This document shows positions 10,182 through 19,927 of a stretch of DNA of 64,000 bases, in pieces (within the stretch, counting starts at the first letter, position 1; each line of letters starts with the position of its first letter). The translations under genes and the position numbers were made by a program. Origin of the DNA: Deltaproteobacteria bacterium (GTDB lineage Bacteria; CALINM01); the NCBI GenBank assembly GCA_037442505.1, contig JBBIPZ010000001.1:121144-185143 (forward strand), in the 5' to 3' direction. Under the pieces are notes generated by a model. That model did no database searches, was not told the origin of the DNA, and saw only the letters and a list, made by a program, of their open reading frames with translations.

Positions 10182-10679
10182 ATGAAAGTAGGAGAAAGAA
10201 CAGTTGTAACAATGGACTATGAGTTAAGATATCCCGACGGAGAACTTATAGAATCCAGTATTGAAGCAAATCAGCCATTGGTTTTTGTTTATGGCAGGGG
10301 AGAGGTTTTACCAGCTATCGAGAAGGCGATTCTGGATAAAGAGGTTGGCGATCAGGTTAATGTAAAGCTATCCCCGGAAGAAGCTTATGGCAAGTGGGAA
10401 GAAGAAGGAATGGCAAGCATTCCCAAAAGCCAATTTCCTGTTGACATGGATATTGAAGAAGGAATGATGTTTATGATGGAGTCTGATAATGGCACACCTC
10501 AACCATTTACTGTTGTCAAGTTAGAGGGTGATGATGTAGTTGTTGATTTTAACCATCCGCTGGCAGGTCAGGAACTTGTTTTCGATTTATACATAAGGGA
10601 TGTTAGAGAAGCTACACTTGAAGAACTTGTTAAAACCGCACCTTCGTGTGGACCGGGTTGCGATAAAGGTTGTTGTTAA
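10182..10679 (+). CDS. slyD: FKBP-type peptidyl-prolyl cis-trans isomerase, SlyD-like with Cys-rich metal-binding tail
   Basis: FKBP motif (LVFVYGRGEVLPAIE...), an IF-domain insertion, and a C-terminal CGPGCDKGCC tail. Confidence 0.85.
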   Translation: MKVGERTVVTMDYELRYPDGELIESSIEANQPLVFVYGRGEVLPAIEKAILDKEVGDQVNVKLSPEEAYGKWEEEGMASIPKSQFPVDMDIEEGMMFMMESDNGTPQPFTVVKLEGDDVVVDFNHPLAGQELVFDLYIRDVREATLEELVKTAPSCGPGCDKGCC

Positions 10680-10690
10680 ATTAGCAGATT

Positions 10691-11101
10691 ATGCGTAAAA
10701 TTTTGGTTTCTAAATATATGTCTCGATGCATGGGCTGTTTATCGTGTATGTTTGCCTGTGCAAGAAGGGTAAGAGGCAGCGTAAATATTCTAAAATCAGC
10801 AATAAGAATAAGGACAAAGGGTGGCTTTTCAAGTGGCGCAATGACATCGACGCATTGTGTAGGTTGTGATGAGCCCCCATGCATTGCTTCTTGCCCTAAA
10901 GGGGCATTACAGAAACGAGAGTACGGTGGCATAAAGCTAAATAAAGAGTTATGTGATAGTTGTAAAAACTGTCTTTCTGGATGTCCATTAGATGCGATTT
11001 TTTGGGACGATGAACAAAAGTTGCCCATTTTTTGTATTCATTGTGGCAACTGTGTTAAGTTTTGCCCGCATAATTGTTTGGTGATTGAAGAGATGAAATG
11101 A
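10691..11101 (+). CDS. 4Fe-4S ferredoxin-domain protein, likely electron-transfer partner of the downstream AOR
   Basis: Several Cys clusters: CMGCLSCMFAC, CVGCDEPPCIASCP, CDSCKNCLSGCP and CIHCGNCVKFCP. It overlaps the start of the AOR gene. Confidence 0.8.
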   Translation: MRKILVSKYMSRCMGCLSCMFACARRVRGSVNILKSAIRIRTKGGFSSGAMTSTHCVGCDEPPCIASCPKGALQKREYGGIKLNKELCDSCKNCLSGCPLDAIFWDDEQKLPIFCIHCGNCVKFCPHNCLVIEEMK

Positions 11102-12843
11102 GAGTACTGTATATAAATCTAACAGAAGCTACGTCAGTTTTAAAAAACAGAGAAGATTTAAAAAGTTATCTTGGTGGTACCGGGCTTGCATCAGCTTTGA
11201 TGCTTGAACAGGTTGTTATTAATAAGCCTCCTCTCTCTGAAGAACAACCGATTGTGATAGCAAAAGGTTTCTTAACGCCTTATTTTCCAGTTGCTACAAA
11301 GAGTGTAGCGGTATTCTATTCTCCATTGACAAAAAGTCTTGGTGAAAGCCATGCTGGTGGAAGACTTGCCCTTGCTATGAGCCTTGCGGGAATTGATGCC
11401 ATAGTTGTTAGCGGTAAGAGCGAAAAACCTGTTTATCTTGTGATAAAAGACGATACTGTTGTTTTTAAGAATGCTACGCATCTTAAAGGCATGTATGCTA
11501 CTGCTACCGCTACATATATAAGAGAAAAAGAGAAAGATGCCGGTCTGAGGAGTATATTAAGGATTGGCCCTGCGGGAGAAGAACAAACGGCATTTTCTAT
11601 GGTAGTTGTGGATACATACCGACATTTCGGCAGATTGGGTTTGGGTGCCCTGTTCGGGTCGAAAAACCTTAAAGCAATTTTGATTTCTGGAACAGGCAAA
11701 GGATACAAACAGTTTCCACAAGAGAGTGGTTATAAAAATTTTTTTGAAGAGCTTCATCAAAAAACAACATCACAAATGATGAGAAAGTATCATGAATACG
11801 GTACGGCTTTAAATGTTCTCCCACTAAATGAGATGGGAGGACTTCCTACAGAGAATCTAAAAAAAACTAATTTTGACTATGCAGAGGATATCTCCGGAGA
11901 AACGTTTGCTGAAAATGTATTGACGCGAAAATTTGCCTGTTCAGGTTGCCCTGTTGGTTGTATTCATATAGCAACAATCAGACGCAAATTTGCCCCAGAG
12001 CAGGAGTGGGAGAGAATAGATGTTTCTTATGATTACGAGTTGATTTATTCATTAGGTGCTTTGCTGGGAATCAGGGACTGCTATGGTGTCCTGTCGTTGA
12101 TAGAAAAGGTAGAAGAGCTTGGTATTGATGCCATTTATGCTGGAGTTTTACTTGCGTGGCTGACTGAAGCTTATGAAAAAAAAGTTATCAGTAATCACGA
12201 ACTGGAGGGAATAAAGCCGGAATTTGGCAATGCCGATATTTACTGTACTTTATTAGAAAAGATAACTTATTCAGAAAATAGCTTTTATCAAACTGCAAGG
12301 TCTGGGCTGACAGCTTTATGTGATTTATACGGTGGACATGACTTCGCACTACTTGTTAACAAAAATGCGATGGCGGGTTATCATACAGGGTATGCAAACC
12401 TTCTGGGACAGCATTTAGTTGGTATTAGAAACGCCCATACTGATAATGCCGGTTACGCCATAGATCAGGAGAATATCAGTTACACACCTATGGAACTAAT
12501 CGACAAACTGTATGAAGAAGAGGTGTTCAGGTCATTTTTCAACTGCACTGGACTTTGTCTTTTTGTCAGAAAAATATATGATTTCGATACGTTACTTAAG
12601 GCTTCAAATCTGGTAGGTGTCAATCTCACAGAAAAGGATATTTTTGAAATAGGCGAAAAGATTTATTTGAAAAAGCTAATTTTTAAGCTAAAATGTGGGT
12701 TTAGTATTGATGACTACAAAATTCCTGTGCGTTTTTTTGAAACGACGGCAGGAAGAAAAAGGCTGTCTGAAGATTTTGTTAATAAGGCTAAAGATTACTT
12801 TGCTCAAAAGATAAAAGACAAAGTTAGCAAAGGTGAACTATAA
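11098..12843 (+). CDS. Aldehyde:ferredoxin oxidoreductase family protein (tungsten-containing AOR)
   Basis: 581 aa. The N-terminus is the AOR type (inference from family knowledge). Co-located with the Fd subunit. Confidence 0.8.
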   Translation: MRVLYINLTEATSVLKNREDLKSYLGGTGLASALMLEQVVINKPPLSEEQPIVIAKGFLTPYFPVATKSVAVFYSPLTKSLGESHAGGRLALAMSLAGIDAIVVSGKSEKPVYLVIKDDTVVFKNATHLKGMYATATATYIREKEKDAGLRSILRIGPAGEEQTAFSMVVVDTYRHFGRLGLGALFGSKNLKAILISGTGKGYKQFPQESGYKNFFEELHQKTTSQMMRKYHEYGTALNVLPLNEMGGLPTENLKKTNFDYAEDISGETFAENVLTRKFACSGCPVGCIHIATIRRKFAPEQEWERIDVSYDYELIYSLGALLGIRDCYGVLSLIEKVEELGIDAIYAGVLLAWLTEAYEKKVISNHELEGIKPEFGNADIYCTLLEKITYSENSFYQTARSGLTALCDLYGGHDFALLVNKNAMAGYHTGYANLLGQHLVGIRNAHTDNAGYAIDQENISYTPMELIDKLYEEEVFRSFFNCTGLCLFVRKIYDFDTLLKASNLVGVNLTEKDIFEIGEKIYLKKLIFKLKCGFSIDDYKIPVRFFETTAGRKRLSEDFVNKAKDYFAQKIKDKVSKGEL

Positions 12844-13569
12844 ATGAGTGTGCTTATTATTACACCTACTTACAACGAGATTGATAATATAAAAAAACTT
12901 ATTCCTGTTTTGCTTTCGTTAAGGGAAGATATTCATGTTCTTGTTGTAGATGACAACTCACCTGATGGAACAGGTGATTATGTAGAAAATCTTTCTAAAG
13001 AAAACAGTAGAGTATATGTTTATAAGCGTGCAGGGAAAATGGGATTGGGGAGTGCATACATAGAAGGATTTAAGTGGGCTTTAAAACATCCAATAAAGTT
13101 CGATTATATAGTCCAGATGGACGCTGACTTTAGTCATGAACCAGCAAAAATCCTCGAGTTTCTTGAACAATTAATGACATATGACGTAGTCGTTGGGTCT
13201 CGTTATCTAAATGGCGTTTCTGTCGTTAACTGGCCTATAAAAAGATTGATACTTAGTTATTTTGCAAACTGGTATGCAAGAACACTTTCTGGAATGAAAA
13301 TCAGGGACTGCACTGGGGGTTTTCGTGCATATAGAAGGGTGGTTTTAGAGAAGTTTCCTTTTGACTATGTTACTTCTGATGGTTATGCGTTTCAGATAGA
13401 GATGAATTATTACTGTCAAAAGTTAGGCTTCAGCATGACAGAAGTACCAATAATATTTGTTGATAGGCATGCAGGCACATCCAAACTCTCAAGAAAAATA
13501 GTTTATGAAGCTGTCTTTAAAGTTTTGTTTTTATTTTTTGACAGATGTTGTAATATAAAAAAGGTATGA
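12844..13569 (+). CDS. Family 2 glycosyltransferase, polyprenol-phosphate mannose/glucose synthase-like
   Basis: LIITPTYNE-DNI start, VVDDNSPDGTGD and QMDADFSHEP (DXD-like) motifs; GT2 DPM1-like. Confidence 0.82.
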   Translation: MSVLIITPTYNEIDNIKKLIPVLLSLREDIHVLVVDDNSPDGTGDYVENLSKENSRVYVYKRAGKMGLGSAYIEGFKWALKHPIKFDYIVQMDADFSHEPAKILEFLEQLMTYDVVVGSRYLNGVSVVNWPIKRLILSYFANWYARTLSGMKIRDCTGGFRAYRRVVLEKFPFDYVTSDGYAFQIEMNYYCQKLGFSMTEVPIIFVDRHAGTSKLSRKIVYEAVFKVLFLFFDRCCNIKKV

Positions 13570-13751
13570 TAAACGAAAGTTTTGCTTTTTTAACGGTAAT
13601 AAGCTTTTTGGGCTGGGTTGGCTTTACAATACTGTTTATTTTCAAGGCTTTTGGAGCTAAGGGAGAGTTTTATCCTAAGATTGCAATAAAAATAGGCTTG
13701 ATAATAGCGATTTTTTATGCCCTCTGGATAGTTGGTATGCTCAAGGCTTAA
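13566..13751 (+). CDS. Small two-TM membrane protein (often paired with GT2 polyprenyl-phosphate glycosyltransferases)
   Basis: 61 aa with two hydrophobic helices. Overlaps the stop of the GT2 gene. Confidence 0.5.
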   Translation: MINESFAFLTVISFLGWVGFTILFIFKAFGAKGEFYPKIAIKIGLIIAIFYALWIVGMLKA

Positions 13752-13759
13752 AAACCATT

Positions 13760-15052
13760 ATGTTAGAATTAAATGCCTTACTTTCTATCTTAATACTGCT
13801 TTTAATCATCGTTATCTTAGTTAAATCTAAAAACCTTAATCTTCAACCTATCGAACAGAAACTCCTGTTATTGGAGAAATTCTTAGAGAGATTTGATAAA
13901 TTAGTGCGGGAAGAGCTGCTAAAAGCCAGAGAAGAAGCCAACAACAATGCAAGGGCTTTAAGAGAGGAAATAAGCAATAATATAAAGTTGATGGGCGACA
14001 CTATTGTGAAAAATATGGGAGAGTTAGCAAACTTACAAAAATCACAACTTGATATCTTTGCCAGTCAGCTTTCCAATTTATCTGATATCACTGAGAAAAG
14101 ACTTGATAAGATGAGAGATACAATAGAGAACAGACTACAGATTTTACAGGAAGAGAATAGTAAAAAGCTCGACCAAATGAGAGGTGTTGTTGATGAGAAG
14201 CTACACGCAACGCTTGAAAAACGTCTGGGAGAATCATTTAAATTGGTTAGCGAAAGGCTTGAACTTGTACATAAAGGTTTAGGTGAGATGCAACACTTAG
14301 TTACAAGTGTCGGAGATTTGAAGAAGGTTTTAACTAATATAAAAACAAGGGGTACATGGGGAGAAATACAGCTTGGCAATTTGTTAGAGCAGATTTTATC
14401 TCCGGAGCAGTATCTAAAAAACGTTGTAATTAAGAAAGGAAGCACTGAACACGTGGAGTTTGCGATCAGGCTACCCGGCAAGGCTGATGATGAAAGAGAG
14501 GTGTTGTTGCCAATAGATGCTAAATTCCCTCAGGAGGCGTATCAAAGACTCTTAGATGCATATGAACATGCAAATCAAGAAAAGATTGATGATATGATAA
14601 AGGAGTTAGAAAAGACAATAAAACAAGAGGCAGCAAAGATAAAGGATAAGTACATAGATCCACCTAATACTACAGATTTTGCTATCATGTTTCTTCCTAC
14701 AGAAGGTCTTTTTGCTGAAGTTTTAAGAATAGCCGGGCTTTGTGAAAAACTCCAGACAGAGTATCGAATTGTTGTCACGGGACCAACAACTTTAGCGGCA
14801 TTGCTTAATAGTCTTCAGATGGGTTTTAGAACGCTTGCTATTGAAAAACGTTCAAGCGAAGTGTGGCAGCTTTTAGGTGCAGTTAAAACTGAGTTTAGCA
14901 AATTTGGTACAATATTGGAAAAAACAAATGAAAAATTAATACAGGCAACTAAAACGATAGACGATGCTGCAAAAAGATCAAGGATTATCGAAAAAAAACT
15001 AAATCAGGTCCAGTCTCTTCCACAAGAAACAGCAGAAAAGCTTTTAGAATAA
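13760..15052 (+). CDS. rmuC: DNA recombination protein RmuC
   Basis: N-terminal TM, long coiled coil, and a C-terminal RmuC nuclease-like domain (LPIDAKFP, DFAIMFLPTEGLF). Confidence 0.85.
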   Translation: MLELNALLSILILLLIIVILVKSKNLNLQPIEQKLLLLEKFLERFDKLVREELLKAREEANNNARALREEISNNIKLMGDTIVKNMGELANLQKSQLDIFASQLSNLSDITEKRLDKMRDTIENRLQILQEENSKKLDQMRGVVDEKLHATLEKRLGESFKLVSERLELVHKGLGEMQHLVTSVGDLKKVLTNIKTRGTWGEIQLGNLLEQILSPEQYLKNVVIKKGSTEHVEFAIRLPGKADDEREVLLPIDAKFPQEAYQRLLDAYEHANQEKIDDMIKELEKTIKQEAAKIKDKYIDPPNTTDFAIMFLPTEGLFAEVLRIAGLCEKLQTEYRIVVTGPTTLAALLNSLQMGFRTLAIEKRSSEVWQLLGAVKTEFSKFGTILEKTNEKLIQATKTIDDAAKRSRIIEKKLNQVQSLPQETAEKLLE

Positions 15053-15121
15053 TAAAGAAACAAAACTGTATCCTATTTATTGACAAGAGCTATGTAATTG
15101 TGATAGAAAAGCAAAAGAAAT

Positions 15122-15535
15122 ATGCAGATAATAATAAACGTATCAGATTTTTTCTTTGCCCTGCCAGTAAATATTATCGAAAAGGTTGTTTTACCAGAGA
15201 TGATTTTACACAATGAAGAAGGCTTTTTTCTCAATCAGATTAAGATAAATTTGTTAAATGCGGAAGAATTTTTCAAGATACGCATTAATAAAAACAACCC
15301 CAAAAAAACGTTAATTTTATTTACTTTAAAAAACGAAGTTCCCGTAGCAATTTTAGCTGATGATGTAGTAGGGTTTGTCAGGGATTGTGATTTGACATGC
15401 TTTCAAAGGGGAGAATTTCTTAAAGTATTTGGGTTCGAATATGTTTCAAAGTTTTGTTCGTACAATAATGTGTTTATCTTTTTTGTAGATGAAGATATGG
15501 TTACAAAACGTGTTTCGGAGTTGTTGTGGGAGTGA
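15122..15535 (+). CDS. Hypothetical protein, degenerate CheW-like domain
   Basis: 137 aa. The FFFALPVNIIEKVVLPEMI ... VPVAILADDVVGFVR pattern resembles the CheW fold. This is a weak call from pattern only. Confidence 0.45.
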   Translation: MQIIINVSDFFFALPVNIIEKVVLPEMILHNEEGFFLNQIKINLLNAEEFFKIRINKNNPKKTLILFTLKNEVPVAILADDVVGFVRDCDLTCFQRGEFLKVFGFEYVSKFCSYNNVFIFFVDEDMVTKRVSELLWE

Positions 15536-15939
15536 ATAAATTTTTGAAAGTTAAGATAGACTCGACAACATATTTGTGTCCTGAAGAAAATGTTCACAGG
15601 GTTGTCAATTTTGATATGGATAAAATATATGAGTCACCTTATGGTCCGAGCTGGCTGGCAAACCTTGTCATATATGAAAAAGAGGTAATACCTTTGCTGA
15701 ACATAGGTGAAAGTGAAAAAAATTTTAACTCAAAAACTAAATTAGCTGTTATAATTAAGAAAATTTTGTTTTTTGTTGCAGTTGAAGTAGATGAAGTTTT
15801 AAACTTTGTAGAGATAGGAGATGAGATTATTGAGACGTCGATTAATGTGGCAAAAAAGTTTGCAAAAAGGGCGTTTGATTATGAGGGCGATGAATGTTAT
15901 ATTTTAGATATAGATGCCCTTTTTTCAGGTAAGGAGTAA
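15526..15939 (+). CDS. Hypothetical protein, degenerate CheW-like domain
   Basis: 137 aa. FLKVKIDSTTYLCPEENVHRVV ... IPLLNIGE ... VAVEVDEV resembles the CheW pattern. Overlaps the upstream ORF by 10 nt. Confidence 0.45.
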   Translation: MGVNKFLKVKIDSTTYLCPEENVHRVVNFDMDKIYESPYGPSWLANLVIYEKEVIPLLNIGESEKNFNSKTKLAVIIKKILFFVAVEVDEVLNFVEIGDEIIETSINVAKKFAKRAFDYEGDECYILDIDALFSGKE

Positions 15940-17043
15940 ATGATGAAAAATCTGCTCGTTGTTGATGATAGTTTTACTGTTAGAAAAGTTTTAGAAATGT
16001 TATTAGTTCCGCTTGGATACAAGCTGACGTTTGCCGAAAATGGAAAACAAGCTATAGATTTTGTTAAATCAAATGCATTTGAACTTGTGATTTTAGATAA
16101 AGGCTTACCAGATATTGATGGTGTTTCTCTTTCAAAAGAGTTGAAGAAAATTAAGCCCTCCATGAGCTTGATTCTTATGAAAAATGCAAAACAAGAGATA
16201 GAAGAAACCACCATGAAAGAATGCAGGATAGATGATGTTCTCACAAAACCATTCGACTCACAAACATTGATATCTAAAATAGACGCAGTTTCGTCAAAAG
16301 TTGAGGAAGTTATCGAGAAACCGATTTTAACAGAGGAAAAGCAGTCGATTGAAGATAGTTTCAAGTTTGATTTAAGTTTTGGAGAAGAGTTCGCGTTTGA
16401 GTCTCCCAAGCGTACCGAAGAAAAGAAAGAGATTGTTGCTGAGGAGATAGAGGAACTGTCTGATTTAGAGTTGATAGAAGAGATTGAAGAAGCGCCGAAA
16501 AAGGAAGAAAAGTTTGAAGAAGAAATTTCCCTAGAAGACCTATTAGAGGAAGGTGAAATTAAGATTGAGGAGGAAAAACCTTTAATTGTACCTGTAGAAG
16601 AAGAGGAAACAAAGGTAAACATAGACGAGTTGTTCTCTGATTTGAACGACATATTAACTGAAAAAGAAGAACAACCAAAGGTGTCAGAACGAGAGCCTGT
16701 TTTTATGGCTAAGGATGTAAAACCTGTTGTAGAGGAAGTAGCTAAAGACCTTAAAGAACTCGAAACAATTGCGGAGAAAAGTGAAGCTGAGGAACTAAAA
16801 ATAGAAGACATCGAAGAACTGGATATATGGGATTTTACTCCAGAAGAAGAAAGACAACTTGTTACAGAAACAAAACCTGCAGAAACCATTGCTCCCACTA
16901 TAAACGAACCGTTTTATGTTGATAGGAAGTCGATAGAAAGGTTAGTTAGAGAAATAACGTACGAGGTAGTAGAAAAGGTTGCATGGGAGGTCGTTCCTGA
17001 AATAGTTGATACAATTCTCAAAGACAAATTTGGCAAGAAATAA
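15940..17043 (+). CDS. Response-regulator receiver protein with ~250-aa poly-acidic (E/K-rich) low-complexity tail (ChePep-like architecture)
   Basis: REC motifs: VVDDS, ILDKGLPDIDG (phospho-acceptor Asp) and LTKPF (conserved Lys). After that comes a long E-rich disordered region. The C-terminal ~45 aa appear ordered. Confidence 0.75.
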   Translation: MMKNLLVVDDSFTVRKVLEMLLVPLGYKLTFAENGKQAIDFVKSNAFELVILDKGLPDIDGVSLSKELKKIKPSMSLILMKNAKQEIEETTMKECRIDDVLTKPFDSQTLISKIDAVSSKVEEVIEKPILTEEKQSIEDSFKFDLSFGEEFAFESPKRTEEKKEIVAEEIEELSDLELIEEIEEAPKKEEKFEEEISLEDLLEEGEIKIEEEKPLIVPVEEEETKVNIDELFSDLNDILTEKEEQPKVSEREPVFMAKDVKPVVEEVAKDLKELETIAEKSEAEELKIEDIEELDIWDFTPEEERQLVTETKPAETIAPTINEPFYVDRKSIERLVREITYEVVEKVAWEVVPEIVDTILKDKFGKK

Positions 17044-17149
17044 AAAATGTTTATAATTTGCATCAAAGCGAAAACTTCGAAAAAATTGTTACCCTCTCCC
17101 TTAAAATTCAGTAAATTATAAGAAATTTATTAGATATTTTGGAGGTTAA

Positions 17150-19927
17150 ATGGAAGAAGAAATTTTGCCTAAAAGTTACCAGCCTGAGACGGTAGAAGAA
17201 AAGTGGTATCAGTTTTGGATAGAAAAGGGGTATTTTAAAGCTCAAGCAAAATCACACAAACCACCATTCTCTATGGTTATTCCCCCACCAAATGTTACTG
17301 GTTCACTTCATATGGGGCATGCTTTAAACAACACTATACAGGATATTATCGCTCGTTATAAAAGGATGGATGGCTATAATGTGTTGTGGCTACCCGGGAC
17401 AGACCATGCAGGAATCGCAACACAGAATGTCGTTGAAAAGATGATTGCGAAGGAAGGCATTTCGAGACATCATTTAGGGAGAAAAAAGTTTATTGAACGT
17501 GTATGGAAATGGAAGGAAGAATCAGGCAGCACAATCATTAACCAGCTTAAAAGGTTAGGGGCATCCTGTGATTGGAGCAGGGAACGTTTTACTATGGACG
17601 AAGGATTGTCTAAAGCAGTCAAGCAGGTTTTTTTAAGACTGTTTAAGGAAGGATTAATTCAACGTGACAACCGTCTTATAAACTGGTGTCCAAGGTGTGG
17701 TACTGCACTTTCTGATTTAGAGGTTGAATACGAAGAAAAAAATGGCAACCTTTACTATATAAAATATCCTTTTGTTGAATACCCGTCCAGATTTATCGTA
17801 GTTGCAACGACCCGTCCAGAAACAATGTTAGGTGATACTGCTGTAGCAGTGAATCCTGATGACAAAAGGTACAAGCACCTTGTGGGCAAGCATGTTCAAC
17901 TTCCACTTGCAAACAGGCAGATTCCTATCATTGCTGATTCAATGGTAGATGTCGCATTTGGAACGGGTGCTGTTAAGATTACGCCAGCTCATGACTTTGC
18001 CGATGAGGCCACAGGCAGAAGACATAACCTTGAATTCTGTTCCGTTATCGATAGAGAAGGGAAAATGAGCGGTGATATACCTGCTGAATACATAGGACTA
18101 AATAGATTTGAGGCGAGAACAAAAATAGTAGATGACCTAAGACAGCAGGAACTGCTTCTTAAAGTTGAGGCAATGAAACATAATGTTGGGCATTGTTATC
18201 GGTGTAAGGATGTAACAGAGCCGCTTTTAACATTGCAATGGTTTGTAAGGATCAAATCGCTTGCAGAAAAGGCTATAGCTGCGGTAAGGGAGAAGAAAAT
18301 AAAAATTATCCCTGAACAGTGGGAAAACACCTACTTTAACTGGATGGAAAATATTCAGGATTGGTGTATTTCAAGGCAGATATGGTGGGGGCATCAGATA
18401 CCTGTTTATTATTGTCCCAGATGCGATGGAGATAAAATTTTAATTACGCTCAGAGAAAATCAGGCAGATACTAAAAGATTGCAGGGTAATTATAACGACT
18501 TTATCAAAGAGGGGTTATCTTTTGAGAAAATCATTGAGGATATTGATTACTACTTGATTTTAGATGATGCTGTTCCTATCGTTGAGGGAGAATCTTGCAA
18601 AAAGTGTGGTTGTAAAGAACTCATTCAGGATCCAGATGTGCTCGATACGTGGTTTAGTTCTGCATTGTGGCCATTTTCTACATTAGGCTGGCCTGAACAT
18701 ACAGATGAGCTAAAGACGTTTTACCCTACTTCTGTGCTTGTAACGGGTTTTGATATACTGTTTTTCTGGGTAGCAAGAATGATCATGATGGGATTGAAAT
18801 TTATGGAGGATGTCCCATTTAAAGATGTCTATATTCATGCTCTTGTCAGAGATTCAAAAGGACAGAAGATGAGTAAATCGAAAGGCAATGTGATAGATCC
18901 CCTGTCAGTTATTGATAAATTTGGCACAGATTCATTCAGGTTTACTCTTGCTGCACTTGCTGCTCAAGGCAGAGATGTCAAACTTTCTGAGGCAAGAATT
19001 GAAGGTTATAAACACTTTGTTAATAAGATATGGAATGCCTCACGCTTTGTAAAGATGAACATAGAAAATTATAAAGTTTCGCAAGACTATGAAATTGACA
19101 TAAAAAATCTTCATCCATTTGATAACTGGATCCTTACACGGTTAAACGAAACGATTGCAGATGTAAGAAGTTACTATGATAATTACAATTTTAATGATGC
19201 GGCAAACGCTATATACAGATTTTTGTGGAACGATTTTTGTGACTGGTACATAGAACATTCAAAACTAAGGGCAAATGAGAGTGTAGTTAAGCATCTACTA
19301 TGGTACTGCTTGACAACTTCACTTAAACTTCTGCATCCCATAATGCCTTTCGTTACAGAAGAGATTTATCAAAGATTGCCTCACTTTGATGAAAGCATAA
19401 TGATTTCAAACTTTCCTGTGGCAAACACAGCGTTCATAGGTAAGGATGTTTCTAATATAGAACTGCTGATAAAGGTTATTCGTGCAATAAGAAATGTGAG
19501 AAGTGAGATGAATGTTGCACCTTCCCAGAGACCTTTTGTAACTATTGTTGCAAAAAACGAGGGTATGGGTAAGTTTTTAAGAGAAGTAAAAGATTTTATT
19601 GAGCAGTTAAGCAGGACACAGGCCGAGTTTGTTGACGAATTGAAAGAAAGACCAGCAAGCTCTGCTTTGACAGTAGTTGAAGGCATAGACATCTGGGTAA
19701 ATCTGGAAGGATTAATCAATGTCGAAGATGAGAAAAATCGTATAATGAAGGAAATTAATAAAACAGAAAAAGATGTTGAGTTTCTTAACAAGAAGCTTTC
19801 CAACGAAGATTATCTTAAACATGCGCCGGAAGATGTTGTCGAAGAGGATAGACAAAAGCTATCTGTTTATAAAGAAAAACTTGCAAAACTTGTAGAAAAT
19901 TTAGAGTTTTTGAAGGGGTTAAAGTGA
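17150..19927 (+). CDS. valS: Valine--tRNA ligase
   Basis: 925 aa. HMGHALN (HIGH-type) and KMSKSKGN (KMSKS) motifs. C-terminal coiled coil. Confidence 0.95.
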   Translation: MEEEILPKSYQPETVEEKWYQFWIEKGYFKAQAKSHKPPFSMVIPPPNVTGSLHMGHALNNTIQDIIARYKRMDGYNVLWLPGTDHAGIATQNVVEKMIAKEGISRHHLGRKKFIERVWKWKEESGSTIINQLKRLGASCDWSRERFTMDEGLSKAVKQVFLRLFKEGLIQRDNRLINWCPRCGTALSDLEVEYEEKNGNLYYIKYPFVEYPSRFIVVATTRPETMLGDTAVAVNPDDKRYKHLVGKHVQLPLANRQIPIIADSMVDVAFGTGAVKITPAHDFADEATGRRHNLEFCSVIDREGKMSGDIPAEYIGLNRFEARTKIVDDLRQQELLLKVEAMKHNVGHCYRCKDVTEPLLTLQWFVRIKSLAEKAIAAVREKKIKIIPEQWENTYFNWMENIQDWCISRQIWWGHQIPVYYCPRCDGDKILITLRENQADTKRLQGNYNDFIKEGLSFEKIIEDIDYYLILDDAVPIVEGESCKKCGCKELIQDPDVLDTWFSSALWPFSTLGWPEHTDELKTFYPTSVLVTGFDILFFWVARMIMMGLKFMEDVPFKDVYIHALVRDSKGQKMSKSKGNVIDPLSVIDKFGTDSFRFTLAALAAQGRDVKLSEARIEGYKHFVNKIWNASRFVKMNIENYKVSQDYEIDIKNLHPFDNWILTRLNETIADVRSYYDNYNFNDAANAIYRFLWNDFCDWYIEHSKLRANESVVKHLLWYCLTTSLKLLHPIMPFVTEEIYQRLPHFDESIMISNFPVANTAFIGKDVSNIELLIKVIRAIRNVRSEMNVAPSQRPFVTIVAKNEGMGKFLREVKDFIEQLSRTQAEFVDELKERPASSALTVVEGIDIWVNLEGLINVEDEKNRIMKEINKTEKDVEFLNKKLSNEDYLKHAPEDVVEEDRQKLSVYKEKLAKLVENLEFLKGLK

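Noticed and set aside
15897-16898. 333-aa Ser-rich ORF on the minus strand
   Set aside because: It lies entirely antisense to the GAA/GAG-rich acidic tail of the REC gene (15940-17043). Its Ser/Phe-rich low-complexity translation is the expected mirror artifact of poly-Glu coding. There is no RBS.
17044-17149. Possible T-box leader upstream of valS
   Set aside because: It is only ~105 nt, with no specifier/T-box (AATTAGGGTGG-like) sequence. It is just an AT-rich spacer with RBS GGAGG.
19381-19803. 140-aa minus ORF inside valS
   Set aside because: Antisense shadow ORF inside valS.
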